NCBI GenBank assembly: GCA_049724395.1
Contig: JAUGWO010000053.1
Coordinates: 1 to 64,000 of the forward strand
From: Spongospora subterranea f. sp. subterranea
Taxonomy: Eukaryota
Direction of reading: 5' to 3'
Length of the DNA stretch: 64,000 nucleotides
This document shows positions 26,301 to 38,744 of this stretch, one piece after another (position 1 is the first letter of the stretch; every line of letters begins with the position of its first letter). The translations under genes were made by a program, and so were the position numbers. The notes under the pieces are model-generated. The model was not told where the DNA came from. It searched no databases and saw only the letters and a program-made list of their open reading frames with translations.

Positions 26301-28120
26301 GAAACAGGTGAACGACGGTTTAGGTCTGGAGGAATGTCGCTTTTGACGTTGTCATGGCCAGTTGGCAACGGAGATGATGAGGGGAGGATAGATTCGGCTT
26401 TCAGGATTCACGAGAGTCGATGACGTATCACGTGCAGACTCCGAATTGGGATCGGTAGCATTACCATCCGGGCGTGAATCAGTTTCAACAGGCTGCGCTG
26501 CCTAGAGTAAATATTAGATGACCCCAAAATAAGCTTGAGGTGACCCAAACCTTAGGTTTGCTGAATAGACTTTTGAGACTGGAGAAAAATCCTTTAGGTT
26601 CTTCTTCCGCTGAAGTAGGATCAGGGACGTCAAATGACCCTGTAGGAGGTAAAGAAAGTGCAGCAGCATTAATAAAGGCAGCGTGGCCTTCCTCTTGGTT
26701 GTTATCTGAATATTGAAACGCTGAATGTGGCTAACGTAGATAGAATGGGGTCTCCTACCAAATTCAATCGGACAATTGCCAGCTAGGAGAACAGAGCTGC
26801 TGTCATCATCTGGGTTGATTTCTCGGCCTGATGGTTGACCAGCTTCGGCATCATCCAAAGCCTAATGATCAATGTTTGAAACTAATGCTTAAGGGTTTGG
26901 TGAAGTTGCAAATACCTGCTGTGATGAGGTTGGTGTCCAAGGAAAGTAATATGACCCGCATCATGCAATTCGGGAGACAGTGCCGTTGGATAAACTAATC
27001 CACTAGATACGAGGTCTTCAACCGTTGGTACAATTACCGGGCGTTCGTGGATTGGTGGAACAACTGAATTATATGATGGGATCAGCGTTGTTGCATTGAT
27101 CAGGTCATCTTGCAACGAGGAAGATGCTGGATTTGGATCGTGTACTGCAGGTGCGAAGTCAGCTTCCGGCGGGATGGGAATATCAAGAACGTCGTCATCG
27201 CCATCACTGTGTTCATCGTCTTCAAGTTGAAACTCGTCCGATAAATCGCTCCAATAGGCGTGATCATCTTCATCTCCGTTCTCGTCGACGCTCTCGTCAT
27301 CTTCCTCATCATCAGCATCACCATCCTCGCAATCGTGGAATTGTGTGGCCAACAGCTTGCCCGATTTACTGAACGTGTATTGAATGAACGCGCCTTCTGC
27401 GTCGGTCATTCGTAACCCGACGACGACACCATCATCATCCTGGAAGGTCTGTTTTGTCAGCGATTCCACGCCGGCTACGTAATTGAGGATAACATTTCGA
27501 GGATCGACGGCAAACTTGGTAATCACCTGACGATAGGAATTGTTTGTGAATTGCAGAACTGCGGATTCCTGAAAGAGACGAATTTGGGGCAAACGAGGGT
27601 CTCGAATCAAATATACGTCAACGCCGGATTCGGTTTGACAAAAATACATTCCGTCGGCGCGAAGGACACTAACCATGACGATCATTAGACGATAAGCGTC
27701 TTTCAGCCTCACCAGCAGATCTGGTGCGTGATATTCGTTCAAGTCCAATGCCGCCCGGATTGCAATCACGCCGGCGCTCTTCGAGACCCATATGAATTTT
27801 CCAGGGAGATCGCCTTGGGGCTGATAATGTCCAACGACCTCGGCGTGTTCGGGAACGAAGGCGTGATTGAACGTATCGACAGTTTTTCCTCGAAAAGAAA
27901 GAAACGTCGGACCGGACTCTATCGAATATGAGGGGCGTCGGCGTCGTCCATGCCCAAGGAGGCCTTTCTCCAACGTCAGCGTTTTTTCAATCCCACCGAC
28001 GGCGTGTTTCTCAAATTCCGACAGGAATCCCTTGGATAAAACGGTGGCGGTGTCAAAAAGCGTCAATTTGGCAGGGCTACGAGATGTAGTTGGATTGGAA
28101 GAAAATGGAGACCGACCCAT
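20376..28120 (-). CDS. Large multi-exon orphan protein: globular N-terminus, acidic tract, ~100 x 15-aa repeats, Ser/Pro-rich tail; 5' end uncertain
   Basis: ORFs 26882-28120, 21416-26368, 20569-21558 and 20376-20651 can be joined by short GT-AG introns (e.g. ~26862-26916). The 1650-codon ORF has no stop across the repeat. Confidence 0.75.
21680..26260 (-). repeat. 45-bp coding tandem repeat (~100 units, consensus RVPDQRSSPL(R/S)SDDH)
   Basis: CGTTGATCAGGAACACGATGATCATCAGAG recurs every 45 bp on the plus strand. Confidence 0.97.
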
Positions 28121-30151
28121 ACTTGTGAGAGAGTGGTTCTATGAAGCCAGGGTATGTTTGGCGACGTAGATGTATACTAACCTGCCTATACGCAGGGTGT
28201 GATTTGGAAGATTAAATCAATCTGGAACGGAGACTTCTTCTGATCAATCAATATCGAATAATAATCAGGAAGGTGACTCATCGTTTTTGTTTTCTGATCG
28301 GCGCAGCAGCGGCCAACTGTGGACTGGATGAACACCCCGATCAATCTGTCTCCTTTACATGGCCACTTTCTGAATGCAAGCGTTGGCAGTACAGATACGC
28401 TTACCCGCACCAGGCTGAACAATCAAGTTCTGACAATGAGTGATGGCAGAACCGGATGTTGTAAACCTCCCGCTACCTTCAACCAACTACGTATGATCGT
28501 ATGGTCCCGAAAAATTGAACTCGAACAGTTTCATGTCGACGGCCACAATGCATTGTATCGGGTTAATCTGACCTTCTTCGCAACTGGACCACCTCTCAAG
28601 ATTAAACGATCGAGACGAACGCCTCCATTTCATAGTCGCGAGAAATGAAAATCAGAGAAATGTATTTGCACCGCATGACTGTAAAGTAACCTGTTACAGC
28701 TCCGACAGTCAATGAATCTCCACACTGAACACCTTGTTTTGTGGGGTTGTGATAGGGTTGCGTAAAAACATGTGAGTGATCTAATATAACGCAACGTAAC
28801 GGCAGTGAAACGTTTTTCACGTCGTTTTTTCCGTTTTGACTAAGGTACAACACTCTTCTACAGTCATGGATGAAGTGATTTTTGTCGTGAATTGTTGGGC
28901 CAGTGCCACCCACATGATCGAGTAGGTACAAGGTGAGACGTTTCCTTTGGAAAGGGGTTCCAGAATCATATCAGGAAACGGAAAGCGGTCAGTCCCTGCC
29001 ATTGGCTGCAATGCGTCGGGGAACACTAGCCGCCCGATCAATGGCGCGCCAGATTGGATAATCCCGGCCATTGTTTACTTGAGCGCGAAAAGACGTCCCT
29101 TGAAGAACAGATCGAGTTACCTTCAGATTGAAACCTTCCCTACAACGTACCGGTTTCTTAGTCGGAATACCAATACTTCGTGGAGATGTTCTAATCGCTT
29201 GTTGGTATATAGGCTGCTAAGTCAGCGTAAGCTAAATCGACTGGTATCTCTTTGTATTCTAAGGAAAAGATAGATACTGAGAGTTACTTACAGTACGAGG
29301 GGAACGTAGTTCCTCAGGAGGGCGGTTAGTAAGATCGATCACTTCGCTGTGATTCATGCTGGCGTGCCAATGATCTGGCAACTAGTGTTCTCTGTTTTAT
29401 GCAATTTAGAACTAAAGGAATGAGTTTTCCAGCAGCTTTGATGGGTCAGCGTGCGTCTGGGATGAGTAAATGTCTCTCTCATAGCTGTTTGTTCCCGATC
29501 TTAGCCGGTTTCAATATATTCACTCATCCCAGACGCACGCTAACCGCCAAACTAATAGTAAACTCATTTCTTCAGCTATAACATTTCACGACAATTCAAA
29601 AAAAAACTACTAGATGTTGCGCTCGTTCTAACGTATTGCCCGGCGGTGGAGAAGGCAATTAGTTTATGGAAAGTCATGTTGGAATAAAGGCAGTGATCGC
29701 AAAATTAATTGGAAGGAGTGGAGAAATTGTTCGATGAAGGGTTAGAGCTGAATATTGTTAGCCTTTTGTATTTCTGCTTGGAGAATTTTCCAGTTTGGCC
29801 CGATTGAGTTTCAGGCGCTTGACGGGGGTTTGGAGAGCCTGGAACATCCCCCTGTTTGTTGGACTTCGGTTTCTGTTGCTGAGCTGGTTTAGGTTGGCCT
29901 CGGAGCATTGTTGAAACTGTGCTCTCCAGGGATTGCTGTTTCATGATCAGGGCTGTATTGCGTGCTGCATTTTCTTTCGCGAGCGTCTCGGTTTTAGCAC
30001 CCTCGGTCAACTGGCACTTTGAACATCTCTTCAATCCTCTTTCAAGCCCTAACCCCTTTTTCGAGAGTTCCCCAGGCAAGAGTCGTAATTATTGGGGTAT
30101 ACGAAGATGCGCTTAAATGAACAAACCTGTCAGGCCTCGGTAGCAAAGATA

Positions 30152-30365
30152 AAAAATACATTGACGCTGTTTTCATCATATTCCAGGGAAGTTTAGCCGA
30201 TCTAACTCAACTTCAACACCTGATGAACCACTCGAATCAGGTTCTCATTCGTAAGTTCTAAATCCTCGGTTGACTTTTTAGATCTTTCCATCATCAAGGA
30301 ATCTGATGAATCGATTCGTTTCGCATCCTATCAAAGCCCATCAACGTTTATCAATGTTTACCAAA
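30152..30365 (+). mobile_element. Decayed Penelope-like element reverse transcriptase fragment
   Basis: Translates as KYIDAVFIIFQGS (degenerate Y(I/V)DD motif), then across frameshifts SSVDFLDLSI...SYQ/KPINVYQCLP, matching the PLE RT C-terminal pattern FLDL.I...Y.KP.N..YL. Confidence 0.65.
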
Positions 30366-31430
30366 CGTTTAACCTATTAGTGGTCGAAATGGAAACGAAT
30401 TCGTTATGGCAGTATCAAAGGACGTTGGCTTGAAGTTAGATATTTGTGATGTTGCCATATTAAGTCAGGGCTTTGGCGAGTCGGCCCTTGAATCTGGTTG
30501 CCGATCGCGTTGAACAAGTTTCAAATTGAATATCATCGTGGGGGTTTGGATGGTTGATCTACAAACCGTGTACTGTAATTCGGCATATCACGATGTTGAC
30601 GGCGACCAAGCAAGTAGACTTGAAAGCTTGAGTCATGCCCATTCTGGCTTATAATGCGAATGTTAAACAACGACTCCGAGACCAGACACACTACAAATGC
30701 ATGGGTAAACCAACTTGCCTCGCTGGCAAGGTATTTTCATCAACTTAAAACGCAAACGCTGTGGTTTTCTGTTTGTTGGATTTGTTTTTATTTGCTGAGC
30801 TGGTCTAGGTTGTGGTCGGAGCATCCGAATCTCTAGAGATTACTGAAATCAAATTCACCCGATCGGTAGGTTGCCTTGAATCGGTTGATTGGGGTAGATG
30901 ATCCGCACATTGGGCCACTGGCGATGGCAATCAATAAGCCGATCGCCACAAGACTACAGGAAACTAACATTTTATTCAATCAGCACTCACACCGCACGAT
31001 AAATCCAATTCCAGGTCGCAGCACTGTCATGGCTAGACGGGATTTTCCTCAATCGTGGTTTCGCCAAGGAAGTGCCCGTGTGATCGCCATAGGACAGGGG
31101 TCAGGTAATACCTCACACTACCCATGTGTTGTTCAGCCTGCTGAACTAAACAAAAAAATAACCTTGATTGGCGCTAGTTGTCCATAGCCACACACAATTC
31201 AGCGGAACTCCTCAAATTGGTGTTGACCCCAGGTTGTTTGGGGGCGACCGGCAACATAATACGGTACATTTGGCGGAGCGCATACTGCACTTTACCGTGC
31301 GGACAACTGTCAACAACGTAACTGCACTTACGACAAAATGGTGCGTGGTCACGGTAATATTCAGGTGGTCTTTGTGTTTGGACATGGCGCTTTGGTCATT
31401 GGGTTTATCGTGTTGTTTTGTCGGGTCGTC

Positions 31431-32007
31431 ATGATCTATCTATGTATTGTGGTCCCCGGAGACATTCCCATCTACGAACTACAGATCGGATTGGATTACG
31501 ACTCGAAGGTATGCTCTGATCGCGACGATTTTCTCTGACGCCTTTGACCCCGATCCAGAAAGAGGACGTTAATCAGTTTATCGTCCACGCCGCCTTAGGT
31601 CAATTCCGTTCTCTGTTTCAAAATCCTCATTGACGATCGATTTATTTTTTCCAGACATCGTCGACCAGAAGATTTGGACAAGTCCCGCCATGTACCTTAA
31701 ACAGGTTGATCGGTTCAACGATCTGTTGGTCAGCGCCTACGTCACCGCCTCGTGTACAGGAACAACCTTCTCCCGAAATAGCAGTTCAATCACACACTAA
31801 TTTGTCGTGTGTCAGACACTAAATTCATGTTATTGCATGGCGCCAGCGTGGACGAAACGCTGATCGGATCGTTCTTCACCGACCTCTACGATGGCGTATC
31901 TGAAGGTGCAGCTGAACCCGTTCCACGAGAAGACGTCGCCCATCACCTCACAATCGTTTACGACCGCAGTCAAATTCATCACCGATAAATATTTCCCACG
32001 AACCTAA
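31431..32007 (+). CDS. TRAPPC2: Trafficking protein particle complex subunit 2 (sedlin/Trs20), 4 exons, apparent 1-nt frameshift near 31893
   Basis: Exons give MIYLCIVVPGDIPIYE, NQFIVHAALD, IWTSPAMYLKQVDRFNDLLVSAYVTAS, KFMLLH..FFTDLYD and YLKVQLNPF..PITS.SF, which are sedlin signature motifs. Confidence 0.9.
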
Positions 32008-33476
32008 CCCTGACGTTCCATCGATTGTTTTTTCCCCAAATTGTGTTCCTTGCGCTTCGCTTAATTCGCGTATTCAACACGAACAACTGATTTATCGAAA
32101 AGCGCTGGTCTCATGACGAGAACGAATTGCTGGCGACGATTTAGGTCAGAACGACTCAACGGTTTAATCAACTTTGGTTGACAAATGGTTCTGAAACTGC
32201 ATCTTGCTTTTAGAGCAATTTCCAGAATGAAATAGTACAAGGTCGACCATAAAACAGGAATAGTTTTGTAAACACCTCATTAAAGAGACAGAGTTCAGCG
32301 AGAAACTGCCCCGATGCCTTATTCACGTTGCTGGCTCGTTCCCAGCTGAACGTTCCTCAATCTTGTCTAGCTCGTGAGGCAGAAGCGTACCATCAGATCC
32401 GATGAGCGATTAAGTATCTGCAGGTCTAAGACATGTTTAGATCATGACCGGCGCGCCCGCTGCTTTCTCCCCACGCTGTGTGAAATCAACCGACCTCTCA
32501 TCTGTTCCCTTCATTGTCGACACGCCATAATAGGGTGAACACCTCACAAAAAACGTTAATCAACTTGTGGCCGAGTATTCACCTCGTCATGCACACGAGC
32601 TGCAGCAATCATCGTTGAAGAAGGTGGATGGTCGGTTCATCTTTTACAGGATTAATTAGGTAATTTAGAACATTCATTGGGATTCCATTGTAAATTGTTT
32701 CTGGTATTCTGTGTTCAAATAGCTACCTGGTCCTGATCGCATCCGATGGCGACCATCGAGACCTGAACTCCAGATATCTGCTGTTGTCATCATCAATAAA
32801 CTACAAATACAATCAAGTGACATCCTATGCAGACTGATGCTCGTCGCCATCGTTGCTGGGTGCTTAGAGTTGATTATTGACCCGATGCAGTTGTCGATTT
32901 GTTCATCAACCTGCCAGGTGGCAGGTTGCAAGTGGTTGGAAACACGGAATCACGATCATGGATTGATTGTTTTATTTGTTATTTTTTTATTTAGCAGATA
33001 GAACGACAAACGTTTTGCTGTTGTCGTCAGGATCGTAAAGCATTTGATCTGAATCGATGCGATGCGGATAATGGGAATCGTGGAGGATTGGATCGAGAGT
33101 GCGGGGGAGGGTTGGGCGAACGAGATGGGCTAGATTAACGGTGGTAGAGATGACAGGGATGGTCGACATGGTGGGCAGATCTGCACAATATCCACCGTAC
33201 CCGCGCCCGTCGACCAAATTGGCCCAAACACAAGTCACGATTTACAGTATCGGTTCCCAGTGGGAGAATGGCGATGGGTTTAATTCGGTCGAGAAACGTC
33301 CTATTGACAGATCCCCAACGTCAACTACAAATTGGACTTGTGATGGCGCCAGATAACATTATCGTGTGAGATATCTGAACAATTCGTCTTGCTGTTTCAG
33401 CATTTATTGCCCGTTGACGAATCAACCCAGATTGGGGCTGAGTACCGTGAATTGATCGGTCACTGTCCTGTCGTTG

Positions 33477-33754
33477 ATGCCGAATCCTGTTGGCGCTAAT
33501 GAAACTGCCCAGGTCAGGGACCGACGTCTCCAACCGTTCCGCAAATCACTCAATGGCGGCTGATCTCTGTTCAGAATGGCGCCGGCGACACCGATCCTGG
33601 TCAATACATTCGATCGGCTCATCCCGATCTGATCAATATGACCCACGATTTCATCCGATCCTGTCTGGTTTATCGCCCTGACGACGTCCACGCCCACGCC
33701 AAACAGTTCTTCACCAAATTCGCATCGGCCTCATCGCCTTCTCGCGCAAAGTAA
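33477..33754 (+). CDS. Small RIIa/Dpy-30-type dimerisation-docking domain protein (71 aa, intron 33513-33574)
   Basis: The spliced product contains YIRSAHPDLINMTHDFIRSCLVYRPDDVHAHAKQFF, which fits the D/D pattern L..F....L..(K/R)P.D...(F)A..YF. It is absent from the ORF track. Confidence 0.65.
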
Positions 33755-33813
33755 TTCCATAAAGACCACAAAGTTTTCGCGGAATTTCCCGCTTTTTCAA
33801 ATATGATGTCGGT

Positions 33814-34130
33814 TTACTGATAGGTCATAGCTGAAGTTGGTCGTGGCGGTTTTGAGTTTCGTTGCCCGAACGAGCATGAAAGACCTCGGCCGGATGTGCT
33901 CCGCCTGAATCGATTTCTAGGATGATGATCGGCGAGCGATGCCGACGACCACGATCGGTCCACGACGCCAGGACCGGTGGTCGTGGCGCTGCGATCCGAG
34001 TTCCCCGACCGGGGCTTGTGCTTCCCGATCGGGCGCGACTGGATCATGACGACGTTGTCGCGCGATAGAATATCGTGTAGTAGGACGCTCTCGTACGATT
34101 GGAATATGGCCGTCGATTCGACATCTGCGC
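33814..34130 (-). CDS. Hypothetical protein or terminal exon
   Basis: GC-rich open frame between AT-rich spacers, preceded by a CAG acceptor-like site. No motif recognised. Confidence 0.35.
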
Positions 34131-34303
34131 AAACAGTTTGTGATCAGATTTTACGAACCTCATCAACGTTCGTTCTGACATCGAGAAACTACATATAATG
34201 ACACCAAAATCACAGCAACTTCGTCATCAAGAAAAAAAAATTGAAAAATAGAACAAATCACGATCAATTGAGGTCATTTTACAACAAACAATGTGATACG
34301 ATC

Positions 34304-34780
34304 TCAAACTGTAAACAACAGCACCAGTTCCTGGTCAGAAGTATTTGTAGATGAGTTTGGTTTACCGGATCGAGTCTGTGGTTGTGCGGTCGTGGCGCTA
34401 GACATACAGACCATCAGGTTGGCGTACCGGCCCAGCGCCCTACGGCCGGATTTGACCTTTTTCCCCAGGACACTGTTGAGCAGATCGGATCGGCGGCGGA
34501 TCCGGTTGCCGGGCCAGACCCCGTTATCGTGATAGATATCCAATCCGGCGAACTCGATCCGGTGCTGGAAGTCCATCCAACGCCGGGCGACGTCGTCGAC
34601 GACCTGGACCGAGTACGATCGGGGATCCGTTTCCGAGATGGACCCGCCGGCGACGCCGAACTGGTGCATGGCAGACGGGATCCGCTCGCAATGGGCCATG
34701 AACTCGTCCAACGATAACGGCGACCTCGTGATACGATCGACCAGAGCGGACACCTTCTCAGACAAATCAACTACTGGATC
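34304..34780 (-). CDS. Hypothetical protein or exon
   Basis: GC-rich portion of a 194-codon ORF with protein-like composition. No motif recognised. Confidence 0.45.
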   Translation of the reverse strand, partial: DPVVDLSEKVSALVDRITRSPLSLDEFMAHCERIPSAMHQFGVAGGSISETDPRSYSVQVVDDVARRWMDFQHRIEFAGLDIYHDNGVWPGNRIRRRSDLLNSVLGKKVKSGRRALGRYANLMVCMSSATTAQPQTRSGKPNSSTNTSDQELVLLFTV

Positions 34781-35542
34781 AGTAATTTTCAACAAAAACA
34801 ACGAAATTGAATTGGGTTCAATGTTCCCAGAGCAGTGATTTAAAGGTGAATTGAACCGATTAACACGAAATATGACGATTTCGAACAATCTGGTGAAGTC
34901 AATTCAGGTTGGGGTTTTTATGAACGCGATATGTTGTTTTGACTTCAGAGACAAGAGTGTTTGTGAAAGATCGGACCTGATCTGGCGTTGATCTGTAGAG
35001 TGTGAACTGGATGATGTTACGGATATCGCCATGGCCATGGCCAGGGGTCGATGGCGATGGCGCAGACGATCGGCGACCGGGCATGGATCTGGATGTGTTC
35101 GGCTTGGGGCGATGGTGTTGGACCCGACCACCTGAACAGGCGGAATCGTCGTTCAGCCCGAGCGCCCAATACAGGAGATGGGCTCGAGGGCGCATCCACA
35201 TCATTCGATCCAGATAGAAACACAGCGATATGTGGCAAACCCCCATGATGTTCATCTGATTCGAAACCAGATCAGCTACGAATGTGGGGCCGTCGGGATA
35301 AACTATCCATTGAACGAAGGTGGAACAACAAAACTCGGTATGAAAGATCGCCAATCCAACAAAGCACAGAGGAACAGGACTATCTCAATCTCCGCAATAT
35401 GAAGTATGCCGTATCCAACAATTGTTTTTAAAGATCAAACGACGACAAGAACCACTCATTCAGAAAAAATGTGAGAACAACGCGATAAACTTCTTCGATC
35501 AAAAAGCGCCGGTCGAAGTTAAAACTATAATTTGGTGATTTT

Positions 35543-35920
35543 TCAAAATGGCATTTGAATATTATCTGTGCGCGTTTCGACCTGATCCTCTGGAATGGCC
35601 AGTCCATCGGGTAATAGAATATCGCGTATGAGTTCGGGTGATAGGACCTGGTCGGCCTGAGTCCATCGCTCAGTGATCGTATGGACCAGGTCTAGATACC
35701 AGACGACATCGCGATGGCGCCAGTCACCCTGGGCCGACGCCAACAACCTTAGATAGGATTGGTAATCGGGGCAGGCGTCGTCCCCCTCGGCAACGATATC
35801 AATCGGCGGCTGGCGCCGTTCGATCCAGTCGGCCAGGCTTTCGCCATTGCCATCCCGCGTATTCCGAACATAAAGTTCAAGGACGTTGATCACCGACAGT
35901 CGTACTGGATTCGGTGGCAA
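35543..35920 (-). CDS. Hypothetical protein or exon
   Basis: 125-codon GC-rich ORF preceded by a TTTTAG acceptor-like site. Confidence 0.45.
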   Translation of the reverse strand: MPPNPVRLSVINVLELYVRNTRDGNGESLADWIERRQPPIDIVAEGDDACPDYQSYLRLLASAQGDWRHRDVVWYLDLVHTITERWTQADQVLSPELIRDILLPDGLAIPEDQVETRTDNIQMPF

Positions 35921-35954
35921 ATCTAAAATGATTTCCAGCGATTCCTAATCCACA

Positions 35955-37136
35955 TCAACTCAGTTCAACAAAAAACGATCGCCATTGGACTTCATTGCCC
36001 AAAAACCACAAACAAACAAAGTTTGATTTCCTTTGAAAAAACAACGAGAACCAAAAGGCGATTTGGTTCAATTTGGTAACGAATGCGTTAATCGTGAAAA
36101 GGTGATACAGCACCTGGAATTTGTGAAGAAGTCGTTGATTATTGTGAAACTGTTTGATCGTGTCGTGATCCGGTCTGGACATGATCCGTTTGATATCGTC
36201 CAACTGGCGAATCTGTTCCTGAACCTGTGTCGACGGGTGAACGTGTTCGGGTTCGCTGGGGACGTGGTCGTGGTCGTCACGAGCGAAAACGGCCTCGATC
36301 AGGGCGCCGCCCACGATTTTATGGTGAATATTGACGAGACAATTGACGGCGTCCTCGATTGTGGAATATCGCACCACAATCCAGCCATCCGCTAAACCGT
36401 CCCGCGTCAGGTTCGTCAACCGCCCGAATCGCCCGAAAAACGACCGCGCCACCGACTCGGGCATTGCCGCTATCGGGCTGAACGACGATATGCACCGCGT
36501 TGGGTATTCGAGCGCATATCGAGCGCGAATACCATCACCGCCGAACACCTTTCCCATTACAGAAATCAGAAACCAATCGCTGAACAAACCCAGAATAAAC
36601 ACAATTTCGACGATCATTTTGGAACACAATCTTTGGAACTTTTGGTCAAAATCGGAAATCAAGATAACCATTTTTCATGGTTTGAGTGATTTGACCTGTT
36701 TGTGGAGAATTTGTTTGGCGAATTGACAATCGGATGAAGTGGGGAAGGAGATGAATAAACCGTAATGACCCGTAAAGGCCTCGACCGGATTGGTTCGATC
36801 GAAGATGCCGATCTTGAGAGTGCGCTTGACGGCGTTCAGCGGGCCGATTCGGGTGCTGATGGCGATCTCGGAGATGCGACCAGGAATACGGTCGATAAAG
36901 AGGATGGGGGTTGGCGATGGCGATAGGATATGGGCGAGCTGGCAATGATCGTCGTGCGATGCCGACGACGATAATGCGGTCTGGTATAGCGCCAGGCGAT
37001 GGCGCAGGTCGAAGGATTCGGTGGCCAGAAGGCGGTAGGCGTCGGCCAGGTCGGACGTGGACGGAGCCGAGGGCGATGAGGGCGATGGCGGTGGAGGAAT
37101 CGGGCGAGAACCGGTTGACATTGTCGGTCGTCGCAT
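35955..37136 (-). CDS. RNA-binding protein with two RRM-like domains (at least 2 exons)
   Basis: ILFIDRIPGRISE...LFISFPTSSDCQFAKQILH joins VFGGDGIRARYA (RRM1). MPESVARSFFGRFG..WIVVRYSTIEDAVNCL..VGGALIEAVFA forms RRM2. Confidence 0.55.
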
Positions 37137-37786
37137 ATCTATTCGATGGCGATTAAGGGTCGACCATCTAGTACCCGCCGTTAGGTCAGGGTCAACAACA
37201 ACGAACTTGCTTGTTGGCCAAAGACACAGGAAACAGACGTTGCCGACGCTACGATGGGGACAGCATTGGCCGACGATCGTGTGATCATGCCGACGGTGAC
37301 CAAGAAGAGGTGCGACTTCAGCACCATTTCATCGTCGGAATTCGCAACAAGTAAACAAGGCCAGACGGGATTGGAATCGGGTTTGGTCCCAATACCCAGT
37401 TCTACATTAACGATATCAATGATCGGGACGTTGGGAGACACTGGTAGGTCGACGGGTGTCCAAATTTCATTGCCAATGTCTGATTAACGACTGAACAGAT
37501 GGTCCTCTCATATCAACGCCCCTCTGGCCTGGGCCCGAATTCCTTTTTTGAAAACAGCGATACGTCAGGTAAGCGACTGAATGCTTCCGTCATCGTGGAA
37601 TGGCGTTAGGACCGATGCATTGTTGCCGACGTGATTCACTACACGGTGCCGTCATGTTCGGCCACGTCCGCCTGCACGAAACTGCTCGCATATAATGCCG
37701 AACTGCTGCAAAAAAATGATCCGTTATCATGATCAATTCAGTAAATTTTGAGTTTTAATTGAATCAACTTTCCTTGGCTGTCACCT

Positions 37787-38050
37787 GAAGCTTGATTCCT
37801 GTCTGTCCCGGTTGGTGGCAGGTAAGGCCAGGTGAGTGTAAGGCATGAGTTCGAAACCACGGGTGGATTCCCATTCGTTGCGTTCGTTAGGGCAGGTTAT
37901 GTTGCTGAATCCAGCTGGTCTAACAGGTTCCTTCAGTGGATACCCCAAGATATTTGTAGCGGCCAGGCGGAAGTAAGGAAACACCTGGGAGTACAAAGGA
38001 GTACCCGACCAATAAGAACCCGCCAATAGCTGTATACCATATTATACCAT
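37787..38050 (+). mobile_element. SINE-like insertion with TACCA-type tail
   Basis: 12-bp TSD TGGCTGTCACCT (37775-37786) / TGGTTGTCACCT (38051-38062). B-box-like GAGTTCGAAACC at 37847. The 3' part is homologous to 7307-7490. Confidence 0.8.
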
Positions 38051-38744
38051 TGGTTGTCACCTACCAACAATAGGTAAACTATTGACAGCAGTCAAGTAAC
38101 CTTCAACGGTCATCACAAATTTGTCTCATAGTTCAACTTTTAGATTGTCCAATTTCCAGACACTACGGGTCCTTGCCATCGACAGGACATTTGTCTAATT
38201 ATATTCAGTCATAAGATGACAGTTTGTGATCAATGGTCCAGTTTGTTAACCCGGCAAACGTTGAGCGATGCACACACAAGCAGGCAGTTTTGGTTTTCAC
38301 GTGGGTGCGTCCGCGCAGAAATGTTCTTCCGTGAAACATCCCTTCAGAATGTAGGATATTCAGAGGGGACGAACCCAGACCCGATCCTTTTTGATTCGCA
38401 CGCCTCACAAAAGATAGCCCGTCTAATTGTTCATGTACTGTGATGTGGCGCCATGTAACGGAGAAATCTGCGTGATGTCGTCATCAACGCTGTTTTTCAA
38501 ATTTCTCGTTCACACTGACTGAGCGTTCGATATAAATGCCCTGTCCCACAGTAGCAGCCTCCCCGGCGCATCAACAAATTCCACAGTCGAACCGCATGCC
38601 GTTCCCAATTCTTTTTTGGGATGTGCAGTGAGTCCAATCACGAACCACCTGTTAGCCAAGCTGACTGGTGATGTACATGCGAGTCGGCATGATCCTTGGG
38701 TATACTGACAGACTCATTATCGTAACACAAACTTCGTTTTCACC

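Noticed and set aside
28430..30100. Short ORFs and a possible LTR-like stretch near 29100-29350
   Set aside because: No partner repeat, termini or protein motif could be established.
30218..30325. CTGATGA motifs in the Penelope remnant as hammerhead cores
   Set aside because: They lie within RT coding sequence and lack a correctly placed stem II plus GAAA.
32300..33300. Possible small minus-strand genes
   Set aside because: Splice-like signals exist but I could not assemble a convincing reading frame or recognise a product.
37787..37870. Possible tRNA gene or hammerhead ribozyme in the SINE head
   Set aside because: Only a B-box-like motif is clear. The A-box spacing is short, no cloverleaf can be built and there is no CTGATGA core.
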